Of a DNA stretch of 32,000 bases, positions 8,581-16,718 are shown piece by piece. A program made the position numbers and the translations under genes. The stretch comes from Ignicoccus pacificus DSM 13166 (GTDB lineage Archaea; Thermoproteota; Thermoprotei_A; Sulfolobales; Ignicoccaceae). How positions within the stretch are numbered: the first letter of the stretch is position 1; each line of letters opens with the position of its first letter. The DNA is taken from the NCBI GenBank assembly GCA_025340205.1, contig CP006868.1, positions 120,001 to 152,000 of the forward strand, written 5' to 3'. Below the pieces are notes generated by a model. The model worked only from the letters and a program-made list of their open reading frames with translations. It searched no databases and was not told where the DNA came from.

Positions 8581-9592
8581 TTTCGACGAGAGATTTAGTA
8601 GCCAAGAACACAGCTATAGCTCCGTCCAACTCAGCTCTCTCGTCCTTCTTTAGGTTAATCCTTTTGCCAAGCACTTCTATGTCCATATTGAAGAGGGATC
8701 TAACTTCTATGGGGATTTTGTAGAACGGACTTAGGTGCGGACCATACTTGAAGGAACCTTTTACCTTTGTTACCCTCAGGCCACTCTTCCCATGAAGGGA
8801 ACCGGGAACCCTTAACAACCTACTAGTATCGACGGTAACTTGCTCGTCTACATCTATTTTTGCTATAAGTATAGCCTTTGAGATGAGCTCTTCTGGATCA
8901 ACGTTCACTTCGCCCCAAGTGCTGACTCCAGAGGGCAACAGCCTCCTCAAGGCCTCCCCCAGCCTTCCTCTCCATCCAGGGTCCTCAGGGCTCGGTATCA
9001 AGCAATTGGATTTGGTACACAAGTCCAAGTTCAAGTGATTACCAGTGATGAAATCGACCATCTCCCTCCGGACGTCAGAGCCTTGATCGTCGTAAGGAGT
9101 ATTCCTAGCTATTACGTGGAACCCTCTGTTCCCTGAAAAGTGCACCTCTATGTTCGATTCCTCTATTCCGAAATACCTCTTTAGTACCTTTACCAGCTTC
9201 TCTGCCTCCTCTAGTCCTCTGTAGATACAATGCTTAGATACAATCGGTAGGGGTTTAGAGCAATTTCCCTCCGCCTCCTTGCTAGGTACGACGCTATCCT
9301 CGCAGATTACGTACATTCCTTCACATCCTTCGAAGTGATCTACATCTATGTCGAATTGCAAGTCAGCCCTTCTCCACCCTTTCTCATCCATCCTAGGGGC
9401 ATCGGGCCTATCGTAAGAGGCCGTGGAGATGTAGACGTGTGCCGCCCTCTTGGATATTATGAGCTTTCTCAGCTCGTCTTCCGAGCTTACTGCTAGGTGC
9501 CTTACCATAACCCCATCAAATGTGTGTAAGGCCACCTCCCTTTGCTCGAAGTCCTCTGGAAGACTTAACGAAGCCCTCTTGTAATATTCCAT
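8540..9592 (-). CDS. priS: DNA primase small (catalytic) subunit PriS
   Basis: AEP primase motifs are present: DLQFDIDVDH, HFSGNRGFHV and VTVDTSRLLRVPGSLHGKSG. I place the start at ATG 9592 (MEYYKRA...). The ORF-track start at 9643 would overlap the PCNA gene. Confidence 0.9.
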   Translation of the reverse strand: MEYYKRASLSLPEDFEQREVALHTFDGVMVRHLAVSSEDELRKLIISKRAAHVYISTASYDRPDAPRMDEKGWRRADLQFDIDVDHFEGCEGMYVICEDSVVPSKEAEGNCSKPLPIVSKHCIYRGLEEAEKLVKVLKRYFGIEESNIEVHFSGNRGFHVIARNTPYDDQGSDVRREMVDFITGNHLNLDLCTKSNCLIPSPEDPGWRGRLGEALRRLLPSGVSTWGEVNVDPEELISKAILIAKIDVDEQVTVDTSRLLRVPGSLHGKSGLRVTKVKGSFKYGPHLSPFYKIPIEVRSLFNMDIEVLGKRINLKKDERAELDGAIAVFLATKSLVEIIRSKRQLSYSAS

Positions 9593-9611
9593 AAAGAGAC
9601 TTTGAAGAGTA

Positions 9612-10358
9612 TTAGAGGAGTCTCGGCGCGACGAGGTACGCAAGCCATCCTCCCTCTCCTATGCTGAAGGTCACCTTCAACGGCATCTCGTTGCTGAACT
9701 CTAGAGAGGCCTTATGCGCCACTTGAGAAGCAGTAGAGATGTAAGCTAGGTGCTCAACTCCATAGGAGGACTTAGGAGGCTCTCCGGAGCTCTTGACCTC
9801 ATAGTCTAAGAGCACGCCCGAATCTTGAGGTATGATGACCTCCGCCTCTCCTAAGTCGCTTGTAGCCTCTACCCTGAGCGTCGAGGGCTCCGCGACGAAG
9901 GTCACGGTATCGGCTATTGGCTCTAGGTCCTTGACCAGCTCTCTATAAGCGTCCGAGGTGAGCTCTACTTTCACGTCAAACTCAAGCTCCGGCTCGGGTA
10001 TGGACTCGGAGGCTACGTCGAGCTGAGGTAAGGTGAACTTTCTGATGCCCCTTCCCTTGTAGATAATGCTGTAGCTGCTCTCCCCCACCTCGATGCTCAA
10101 GGTATCGTCCTTCTGCGCCCTTCTCATTACCTTTGTCAAATCATCTAAGTTCAGTCCGAACTCAATTTCTCCCTCAACCTCATAGGTTTCGAAGTCGCTA
10201 GCTGGGATGAAGAAGTCGACGAGTACGACCTTCGCTTCATCCATGGTCCTTATCCTTACTCCCTCTTCGTTGATCTTCATCGTTGTTTCACTAACCACCT
10301 TAGCTATTGCTGAAATGACGTACTTCCACACCCTAGCGTCTAGGAACGTTAACTCCAA
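9612..10358 (-). CDS. pcn: DNA polymerase sliding clamp (PCNA)
   Basis: 248 aa. The N-terminus reads FLDARVWKYVISAIAKVV...INEEGVRIRTMDEAKVVLVDF. Length and pattern are typical of archaeal PCNA. Confidence 0.9.
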   Translation of the reverse strand: MELTFLDARVWKYVISAIAKVVSETTMKINEEGVRIRTMDEAKVVLVDFFIPASDFETYEVEGEIEFGLNLDDLTKVMRRAQKDDTLSIEVGESSYSIIYKGRGIRKFTLPQLDVASESIPEPELEFDVKVELTSDAYRELVKDLEPIADTVTFVAEPSTLRVEATSDLGEAEVIIPQDSGVLLDYEVKSSGEPPKSSYGVEHLAYISTASQVAHKASLEFSNEMPLKVTFSIGEGGWLAYLVAPRLL

Positions 10359-10404
10359 CTCTATGGCCCCTTCATGATATAGCAGGAGGGGTTTAAGCTA
10401 AAAC

Positions 10405-11349
10405 TTAGGCAGGGGGCTCCACGCTTTCTAAGATCTCCTCTATAACCTTGTAGGCCGTGTCTCTGGCGGCAAAGAGCTTCTCGCTTGGTACTTCCACGAC
10501 AAGTCTGTGAGGTAAGACGTACTTGACGACGCTTTTCACGTCGTCCGTCAGCACTACGTCTCTACCCTCTATCGCGGCGTTGGCCTTGGCAGCCCTCACT
10601 AGGTGTATGGCCGCTCTAGTAGTGGCTCCCATTATCACGTCAGGCCTTTCCCTAGTGGCCCTAACTATATCGACCGCGTATTCAGCTATCTTCCTGCTAA
10701 CGTCCAGCGATTGAGCTTCATCCATAGCAGCAAGTACGAAATTCGCATCGAAAACCTTCTTAGCTGAAGGCTCTAAGGCCCTTCTGCTCGAGTCTAACAT
10801 AACGGCTTCAACTTCCACCTCTCTAGGAGGGAACCGCAAGTCAGCGCTTGTGGTAAACCTATCCTTCGCTGCCTCCGGGAGCTGGTAAGTACCTACCATC
10901 TCTACGGGGTTCATAGTTGCTATCACGAAGAACGGTTTTGGAAGTTTGTACGTCTCTCCCTCTATGGTCACTTGACCCTCTTGCATCGCCTCGAGCAAGG
11001 CCGATTGGGTCCTAGGCGAAGCCCTGTTTATCTCGTCTACCAAGAGTACGTTCGTGAATATGGGTCCTAAGACCGTCCTGAACTCCCCTGTCTTCGGATC
11101 TAAGATCTTTCCACCTATCAAGTCTGAGGGCAAGGTGTCGGGCGTCATCTGCACTCTCTTGAACTTCAAGCCCAGTATCTGAGCGAACAACTTAGCCAAG
11201 GTGGTCTTCGCTACTCCCGGAACGCCCTCCAACAGCACGTGACCTCTAGAGAGCAAGGCCAAGGTCAGCGCCTTGACGGCATCGTCCATTCCAACTAGAT
11301 ACTTGCTTATCTCGCTCCTTACTGTATCATAGAATTCCTTCGCCTTCAT
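10405..11349 (-). CDS. MoxR-family AAA+ ATPase
   Basis: Walker A is GVPGVAKT. Walker B and the following segment read LLVDEINRASPRTQSALLEAMQE. Length is 314 aa, the typical MoxR architecture. Confidence 0.9.
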   Translation of the reverse strand: MKAKEFYDTVRSEISKYLVGMDDAVKALTLALLSRGHVLLEGVPGVAKTTLAKLFAQILGLKFKRVQMTPDTLPSDLIGGKILDPKTGEFRTVLGPIFTNVLLVDEINRASPRTQSALLEAMQEGQVTIEGETYKLPKPFFVIATMNPVEMVGTYQLPEAAKDRFTTSADLRFPPREVEVEAVMLDSSRRALEPSAKKVFDANFVLAAMDEAQSLDVSRKIAEYAVDIVRATRERPDVIMGATTRAAIHLVRAAKANAAIEGRDVVLTDDVKSVVKYVLPHRLVVEVPSEKLFAARDTAYKVIEEILESVEPPA

Positions 11350-11477
11350 TAAGCGATCCCAGAGAACAACCGAGCCGGAAGGATTGAAAGAGGAATGGGT
11401 TTCCGCTAAAGTCTTCGGACCTTAAGGAACGAAGAAACCAAAACCTCTTGCCGATAACTGAGGAGGGTGAGGTAAGA

Positions 11478-12320
11478 GTGATCATAGCGATGATATACGA
11501 CCACCCTAGATGGGAAGAAAAGCACATGATCAAATTGATAGAGGAGTTGGGCCACGAGGTCCTCCACGTACCGCTGAGGTCGAGTACCCTAGAGCTATCT
11601 AACTTGAAGAAGATAGCTGACGTTGCTATTCAAAGAGCTATAAGCAGCGTAAGAGCCATAACCTCTACTGCCTTCTTCGAGGCCTCAGGAACTCCAGTCG
11701 TGAACAACTTGAACACTCAAATAATATGTGATAACAAGGTTCTTACTGATTTAGTTTTGGAAAAACATGGTATACCGAGGCCTAAGACCTTCGTAGCCTA
11801 CAGTATGGAGGAAGCTATGAAGATTCCGGAGAAGCTAGGATTCCCCTTAGTGATTAAGCCTATCCAAGGAAGCTGGGGTAGGTTACAAGCCTTGGTCAGT
11901 GACGAGGAGGCGTTGAGAGGAATTTTGGAGTACAGGGAAGCCATGCCCAGTCCACAATTCAAGGTTCACTACATGCAAGAGTACATCAAGAAGCCTCAGA
12001 GAGATATAAGGGTCTTCGTCGTGGGCGATAGGGTACCCGTTGCGATATACAGAATATCCCAGAACTGGAGGACGAACACGGCTCTCGGAGGGAGAGCCGA
12101 GAAGGCGGAGCTCAACGCAGAGCTGGAGGAGATAGCTCTCAAGGCTGCCAAGGCGGTAGGAGGAGGCGTGCTCGGGGTTGATGTAGTTGAGGACCCCGAG
12201 AGAGGATACTTGGTAATAGAAGTCAACTCCAACGTAGACTTCAAGAATACCTACAGAGTAACGGGTCATGATCTAGGAAAGGACATAGTCGAGTATGCCA
12301 TTGAAATAGCTAAGAGATAA
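11478..12320 (+). CDS. RimK/LysX-family ATP-grasp ligase (LysX/ArgX-like)
   Basis: End-to-end resemblance to LysX, with matching segments IYDHPRWEEK, VIKPIQGSWGRL, QEYIKKPQRDIRVFVVGD, WRTNTALGG and GVDVVEDPERGYLVIEVN. I prefer GTG 11478, 7 nt after GGAGGGTGA. The ORF-track TTG is at 11448. Confidence 0.8.
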   Translation: MIIAMIYDHPRWEEKHMIKLIEELGHEVLHVPLRSSTLELSNLKKIADVAIQRAISSVRAITSTAFFEASGTPVVNNLNTQIICDNKVLTDLVLEKHGIPRPKTFVAYSMEEAMKIPEKLGFPLVIKPIQGSWGRLQALVSDEEALRGILEYREAMPSPQFKVHYMQEYIKKPQRDIRVFVVGDRVPVAIYRISQNWRTNTALGGRAEKAELNAELEEIALKAAKAVGGGVLGVDVVEDPERGYLVIEVNSNVDFKNTYRVTGHDLGKDIVEYAIEIAKR

Positions 12321-12359
12321 CGCTTCAAAACTTTCAATACTTCAAGGTAGGGGACGCCC

Positions 12360-12623
12360 ATGAAAGTTAAGGTTAGGTTTTATGCATACTTAAGGGAGAA
12401 GATAAAGGAGAAGGATGAATTCGAGTGTGATTGCAAAACCGCAAAGGAGCTGTTCGAGGAACTCTTGAGGAGGTATCCGGAGCTTCAAAGGGAAAGAGAG
12501 GAATACAAGGACAGCGGGTTGGAGTTAGGCGTTTTGATTAATGGTAGAGATTGGAGACACTTAGGGGAGATAGAGGGCGACGAAGTTAAGGTCAGCGTCT
12601 TCCCTCCAGCGGCCGGTGGTTGA
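12360..12623 (+). CDS. MoaD/ThiS-like beta-grasp small protein with a C-terminal Gly-Gly (MoaD or SAMP/Urm1-like)
   Basis: 87 aa. It begins MKVKVRFYAYLRE and ends VSVFPPAAGG followed by the stop, which matches the MoaD consensus FPPVSGG. The stop overlaps the next gene's start (TTGA). Confidence 0.8.
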   Translation: MKVKVRFYAYLREKIKEKDEFECDCKTAKELFEELLRRYPELQREREEYKDSGLELGVLINGRDWRHLGEIEGDEVKVSVFPPAAGG

Positions 12624-13369
12624 GCTTGATAGTTCCACCTGATCATCCACGATACTATTCATTACTTTATCGAGAAAGAATAGTTGAGAAGGCGAAGGAG
12701 GGCGTGGTAGTCCTTCAAGGCCTTATAGCTCACGGAAGGGGAGAGGCTTTCGATTACATGATGGGAGAGAGGACCACGCCAGCCGCTCTCAAAGCAGAAA
12801 AGGCAGCGGTTGCCCTCCTCAAGCTGGCTAAACACCCAGTCATAAGCGTCAACGGAAACTTGGCGGCGCTGGTTCCCAGGGAAATAGTCATGCTCTCCAA
12901 GGCACTTAACGCCCCTCTCGAGGTCAACTTGTTCTATAGGTCAGAAGAGAGGGCCAAGAGAATAGCAGATCTTCTAAAGGCCCACGGTGCAGAGGAAGTC
13001 CTATGGAAACCCGACGCCGAGATAGAGGGGTTATCTAGTGAGAGGAGGAAGGTGACTAGAAGGGGAATAGCTTCAGCTGACGTGGTTCTCGTTGCCCTAG
13101 AGGACGGCGATAGGACGGAAGCGCTGAAGAGAGTGGGTAAGAAGGTAATAGCAATAGACCTAAATCCTTTCTCCAGGACTGCCAGGATGGCCGATATAAC
13201 TATTGTAGATAACGTGATAAGGGCGATACCCAACATGATAAAGTTTGCAGAAGAGATGAGTGAGGAAGAGTGTAAGAGGACCCTAGAGGACTTTGATAAT
13301 TCCTTGAACTTGAGGGAAAGCGCCAAGTACCTCAAAGAGTGGGTACAGAGAATGATAGAAGAGCTTTAG
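12620..13369 (+). CDS. 4-phosphopantoate--beta-alanine ligase (archaeal phosphopantothenate synthetase, COG1701)
   Basis: Motifs HPRYYSLLYRE, GLIAHGRGEAFDY, KHPVISVNGNLAALVP, EVNLFY, LEDGDRTEAL and IDLNPFSRTARMADITIVDN match the archaeal PPS family as I remember it (Thermococcus TK1686 type). Confidence 0.85.
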   Translation: MSLIVPPDHPRYYSLLYRERIVEKAKEGVVVLQGLIAHGRGEAFDYMMGERTTPAALKAEKAAVALLKLAKHPVISVNGNLAALVPREIVMLSKALNAPLEVNLFYRSEERAKRIADLLKAHGAEEVLWKPDAEIEGLSSERRKVTRRGIASADVVLVALEDGDRTEALKRVGKKVIAIDLNPFSRTARMADITIVDNVIRAIPNMIKFAEEMSEEECKRTLEDFDNSLNLRESAKYLKEWVQRMIEEL

Positions 13370-14097
13370 GCCTTAGCCCTCTCCAAGTACTTCGCAACTT
13401 CCTCCTCGGTTAACTTCCTAACCTTTCTCTCGTCCGCTCTGACTATCCCTATCTCGTAGTTCTCTGGACTCACCTCTTCCGCTCCAACGCTCATTAGAGC
13501 CTTGAGAGCCAATACTATGGCGTCGTCCAAGCTCATGTCATAGTTATACCTTCCCTCTAAATACTCGCTTATCTGGCTCTGGTTCTGGCCTATGACGGCG
13601 GCGTAATAGCTCATGTACTGGCCACTAGGCTCGGTCATGAACACTTGAGGACCAAACTCGTCCACTCCGGCGAAGATCAAGGCAACTCCGAAGGGCCTCA
13701 CACCAGCGTGTTGGGTGTAAGCTTGCTTTACGTCGCTTATCACCTTAGCTACGTACTCAACGGTCGGGGGCTCGTCGTAGAGGAACCTATGTCTTAGAGC
13801 TACCTCTCTGGCTATGTCTACTAGAATCCTTCCGTCAGCGGCTAGACCGGCGAAGCTGGTCATTATGTGATCATCTACGACGAATATCTTCTCTAGATGC
13901 TTCAAGTCGATCAAGTTTTGGAGCTTCTTCCTCTCTACCGCTATTAGGACTCCCTCTTTGCACTTCATTCCTATGGTGCTCCAGCCCCTCTTGACGGCCT
14001 CAAAGGCGTACTCCACTTGGTAGAGCTTTCCTTCAGGTGAGAAGACGGTTATCGCCCTGTCATATCCCATTTGTTGTGGGCCGAATCCGAAAGCCAT
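13366..14097 (-). CDS. psmA: Proteasome subunit alpha
   Basis: YDRAITVFSPEGKLYQVEYAFEAVKRG is the canonical alpha-subunit N-terminal signature. Length is 243 aa. Confidence 0.95.
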   Translation of the reverse strand: MAFGFGPQQMGYDRAITVFSPEGKLYQVEYAFEAVKRGWSTIGMKCKEGVLIAVERKKLQNLIDLKHLEKIFVVDDHIMTSFAGLAADGRILVDIAREVALRHRFLYDEPPTVEYVAKVISDVKQAYTQHAGVRPFGVALIFAGVDEFGPQVFMTEPSGQYMSYYAAVIGQNQSQISEYLEGRYNYDMSLDDAIVLALKALMSVGAEEVSPENYEIGIVRADERKVRKLTEEEVAKYLERAKA

Positions 14098-14135
14098 TTC
14101 TTTCGTACCCCCGCAGTACCCTCCAGAAGAAGTAA

Positions 14136-14681
14136 TTAGAGTTCGTGCGTTCCTAAGATGCCTTCTACCTCATCGAACAATCCGCCTAAGACCTCCTTGA
14201 TGGGCTTGTTACCAAGGAAAATCGAGTAGGATCCACAAGCCTCCGAGTAGTCGAGCATATCGAGAGCTTCGGTACCCATCTCCCTTAGGACCAGACCCGC
14301 GAGGACGCTAACCACTAGTTGGATCTCCGTCTCCGGACACCCAAGCTCCCACAACTTCTTGACCAAGTCCACTCTCCCCAAGTAACTAAGGGTGGCTATA
14401 GCTAAGGAGCCGGACCTACCGCATCCAGCGTCGCAAGCGTAAACGACCCTCCTTCTTATTTTATAGAAGAGTCTTCCCACCTTTAACGCTCTCTTAAAAT
14501 TCTCGAAAGGCAGTAGCGTTGAGTCCTTGAGGGGGAAGTGTATCTTAGAAGAGCTCTTGTTACCTACATAAATTATCTCATCCTCCTCGAACTCGTCTTT
14601 AAGTTTCTCAATGGGGCCGAAGATCACTTCTCTGTTGTCCACTTTCACCCTCTTAACGTCGTTCGTTAACTGAATGCTCAA
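14136..14681 (-). CDS. Putative protein-tyrosine/dual-specificity phosphatase-like protein (CX5R motif)
   Basis: VVYACDAGCGRSGSLAIATLSYL fits the PTP P-loop C-x5-R-(S/T), but Ala replaces the usual His before the Cys. It has a DSP-like length upstream of the loop and an extra C-terminal region of about 70 aa. Confidence 0.5.
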   Translation of the reverse strand: MSIQLTNDVKRVKVDNREVIFGPIEKLKDEFEEDEIIYVGNKSSSKIHFPLKDSTLLPFENFKRALKVGRLFYKIRRRVVYACDAGCGRSGSLAIATLSYLGRVDLVKKLWELGCPETEIQLVVSVLAGLVLREMGTEALDMLDYSEACGSYSIFLGNKPIKEVLGGLFDEVEGILGTHEL

Positions 14682-14737
14682 GGCACTTCCCCAGTCCTCA
14701 TAAGTTCTCCAACCACCTCCTTTTTGAGGAGAGACGG

Positions 14738-15262
14738 ATGGAGTACGAGGAGGCCCTCCTTCTAGTGGCTCATATGTACGGTGATCTGATATCTTACTTA
14801 AAGTTGAAGTACAGGGACGTTGATAGCTTGATGCAAGACATATGTAAGGTCTCTGCTGTAGCGCCTTTAGTAGGAGTTGTGGACTTGGCTAAGCCTAAGG
14901 ACTGTAACGCCTTGATAGAGATGCTCGAGCACCTCCCAGAGAACCCGATAGCCCCTCATCCAGAATGCGATGAGGGAGAAATGAAGAAATACAAGAATTC
15001 TGTAATCGATAGGATAAAGAAAATGTGTGAGGAGGGAAGGGACTCTGAGGCGTTAGAATACATTAGATCGTTGTTCGAGGTACCTTATATGGAATCCAAG
15101 GATGTGGACGTAATGAAAACTGTTATGGCACACCTACCCCAAGAGGTAATGGCGAAGGTTAGCTCTCCTTTAGGTAACCTAAACATGAGGGAATTCGTGC
15201 CCATCCTAATATTACTAAGCGGATTGATGAATTCAGAGATAGAGAAGTGTAAGGGGAAGTGA
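14738..15262 (+). CDS. Hypothetical protein (174 aa)
   Basis: Open frame with an ATG start and no recognisable motif. The TGA stop at 15260-15262 is followed in the same frame by a further 51 sense codons (see next feature). Confidence 0.5.
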   Translation: MEYEEALLLVAHMYGDLISYLKLKYRDVDSLMQDICKVSAVAPLVGVVDLAKPKDCNALIEMLEHLPENPIAPHPECDEGEMKKYKNSVIDRIKKMCEEGRDSEALEYIRSLFEVPYMESKDVDVMKTVMAHLPQEVMAKVSSPLGNLNMREFVPILILLSGLMNSEIEKCKGK

Positions 15263-15265
15263 GAG

Positions 15266-15418
15266 TTGGATTGTAGGGATGAGTTCGAGGAATGCTTTCA
15301 GAGATGTTTAGAAGAAGTCCGAGAAGAACCCGGCCCTGCTTGCGGGAGCTTTTGTTGGAGGGTCTACTGGGAGTGCCTCAAATCGAATGTAAATTATGGA
15401 CTTAAACGCACTAAGTAA
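15266..15418 (+). CDS. Possible Cys-rich mini-protein, or a read-through extension of the preceding ORF (50 codons from TTG)
   Basis: Hand translation gives LDCRDEFEECFQRCLEEVREEPGPACGSFCWRVYWECLKSNVNYGLKRTK followed by the stop. Six Cys are spaced Cx6Cx3C-x11-Cx3Cx6C, which is mirror-symmetric. It is in the same frame as 14738-15262. It is below the length cutoff of the ORF track. Confidence 0.3.
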   Translation: MDCRDEFEECFQRCLEEVREEPGPACGSFCWRVYWECLKSNVNYGLKRTK

Positions 15419-15526
15419 CGTCGTTACTCTGCTTGTTACCTAAAAGGAAAAAGGTAATAGTATACCACTTCTCGATAAAGATTCCCATTTACTACAATAC
15501 ATAGATAATGCTCTTAATAGGAAAGG

Positions 15527-15534
15527 TTAATAAG
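15527..15534 (+). promoter_or_regulatory. TATA-like box (TTAATAAG within GGTTAATAAGTAG) for the secreted-protein operon
   Basis: It is centred about 25 nt upstream of ATG 15555, implying a leaderless transcript. The same GTTAATAAG core lies about 30 nt upstream of tRNA-Gly on the other strand (17737-17745). Confidence 0.4.
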
Positions 15535-15554
15535 TAGAAAAGATCTCTAATAAG

Positions 15555-16712
15555 ATGAGGATGGAGGTCATGAGGTCAGCGGTATTGCTATTGGTACTAG
15601 TACTGATCCCGGCTCTCATGGCCTCCCAAGTGAACCTTAACATAATAATGCCGGATAAGTACCTAAGGGAGCTGAGTGACCTAAGCGTCTTAGGAAAGGA
15701 ACTATGGGGTACGCCACTCACGTGTTCGGTCTTGAAGGCCTATGAAGGAGAGATGTTGAGGGGAGCCTTAGCACAATTCAACAAGACCATAGTTAATGAT
15801 TACCTACAGTTTGCCAAGTACATGATGGAATCCTATAAGCTGATGTCTGGCAGAGTACTTCCTCCTCCCGTACAAGTCACTCAAGCGAAGCTCATACTAG
15901 GATCCGCGCAAGCGTATCTGAGAGCTATCCAAGCCGACGTAGCAGCTCTTGAGAACGTAACGCAGAGCTTCGACTTCCCAGAGTGTCAGACCAACGCTAC
16001 CGAGGACACCCTGATGAAGTTGGCCAACGTTACCGCCTTGAGCCCCGAGGAAGCGATCGAAATGGTGAACTCATTGAAGCCAGGTAAGGTTAACCCGGCA
16101 GATTGTTACTTCATGATGAGGTTACACGAAATCCTAACTGGACTAAAGAAGTGGATTTCGTTAAAGAAGATGCAGCTAAAGGAGTTAGAGACTAGGGTTA
16201 ACATCTATAATAGAGTTATCGATGGCATCATTGCAGATATGTATGCTGAAAAGGCAGCTACCGTACTCCAATCCTTAGCTGACGACCTAAAGATATATAC
16301 CATAGCCAAGATACTGAACGATTCGCTTCCAGTGATAGCTTCGCCAGAGGGTGACGTTCAGTCGATGGCCTATACCGTTGGAAAGAACATGTACAGCGTT
16401 ACTAGATATGGATTCATGATTAGCGTGGCATCGCCATACGCCCAAGAGATACAAGTACCCGAGGACTGTCAAGGTGTGTTCAATACTATGAGCAACTTCT
16501 TGGTGACTCTGAACGTAAATATGGTTAATGCTAAGTATGGTGGTCTGAACAAGTTAGCCAGCTGCTTTAGCATAATGCTAAAGAGCGAGCTTAATATGTC
16601 ACTTAAGAAGCATAACGAGAACTTCTCCAAGCTAGAGGATCAAGTACTTCAGCAAGAGGCTAATCTCGAGAAAGTGGTGAACGCCTACAAGGCCCTGATA
16701 TGTTCGGGGTGA
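15555..16712 (+). CDS. Secreted hypothetical protein (Sec signal peptide; helical; 6 Cys; multiple N-glycosylation sequons)
   Basis: The N-terminus MRMEVMRSAVLLLVLVLIPALMAS/QV looks like a cleavable signal peptide. There are at least 7 N-x-S/T sequons (NKT, NVT, NAT, NVT, NDS, NMS, NFS). No TM anchor is present. Length is 385 aa. Confidence 0.7.
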   Translation: MRMEVMRSAVLLLVLVLIPALMASQVNLNIIMPDKYLRELSDLSVLGKELWGTPLTCSVLKAYEGEMLRGALAQFNKTIVNDYLQFAKYMMESYKLMSGRVLPPPVQVTQAKLILGSAQAYLRAIQADVAALENVTQSFDFPECQTNATEDTLMKLANVTALSPEEAIEMVNSLKPGKVNPADCYFMMRLHEILTGLKKWISLKKMQLKELETRVNIYNRVIDGIIADMYAEKAATVLQSLADDLKIYTIAKILNDSLPVIASPEGDVQSMAYTVGKNMYSVTRYGFMISVASPYAQEIQVPEDCQGVFNTMSNFLVTLNVNMVNAKYGGLNKLASCFSIMLKSELNMSLKKHNENFSKLEDQVLQQEANLEKVVNAYKALICSG

Positions 16713-16718
16713 TAGGAG

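Noticed and set aside
9593-9643. A 17-codon N-terminal extension of priS overlapping the PCNA 3' end
   Set aside because: The internal ATG at 9592 gives a normal PriS N-terminus and removes the overlap. The extension (MRTSSRRDSSNTLQSLF) looks non-native.
15260-15262. Selenocysteine decoding of the in-frame TGA
   Set aside because: To my knowledge crenarchaea are not known to have the Sec machinery. I also could not identify a SECIS-like hairpin in the appropriate 3' position. Read-through, a coupled mini-gene or a mutation are more plausible.
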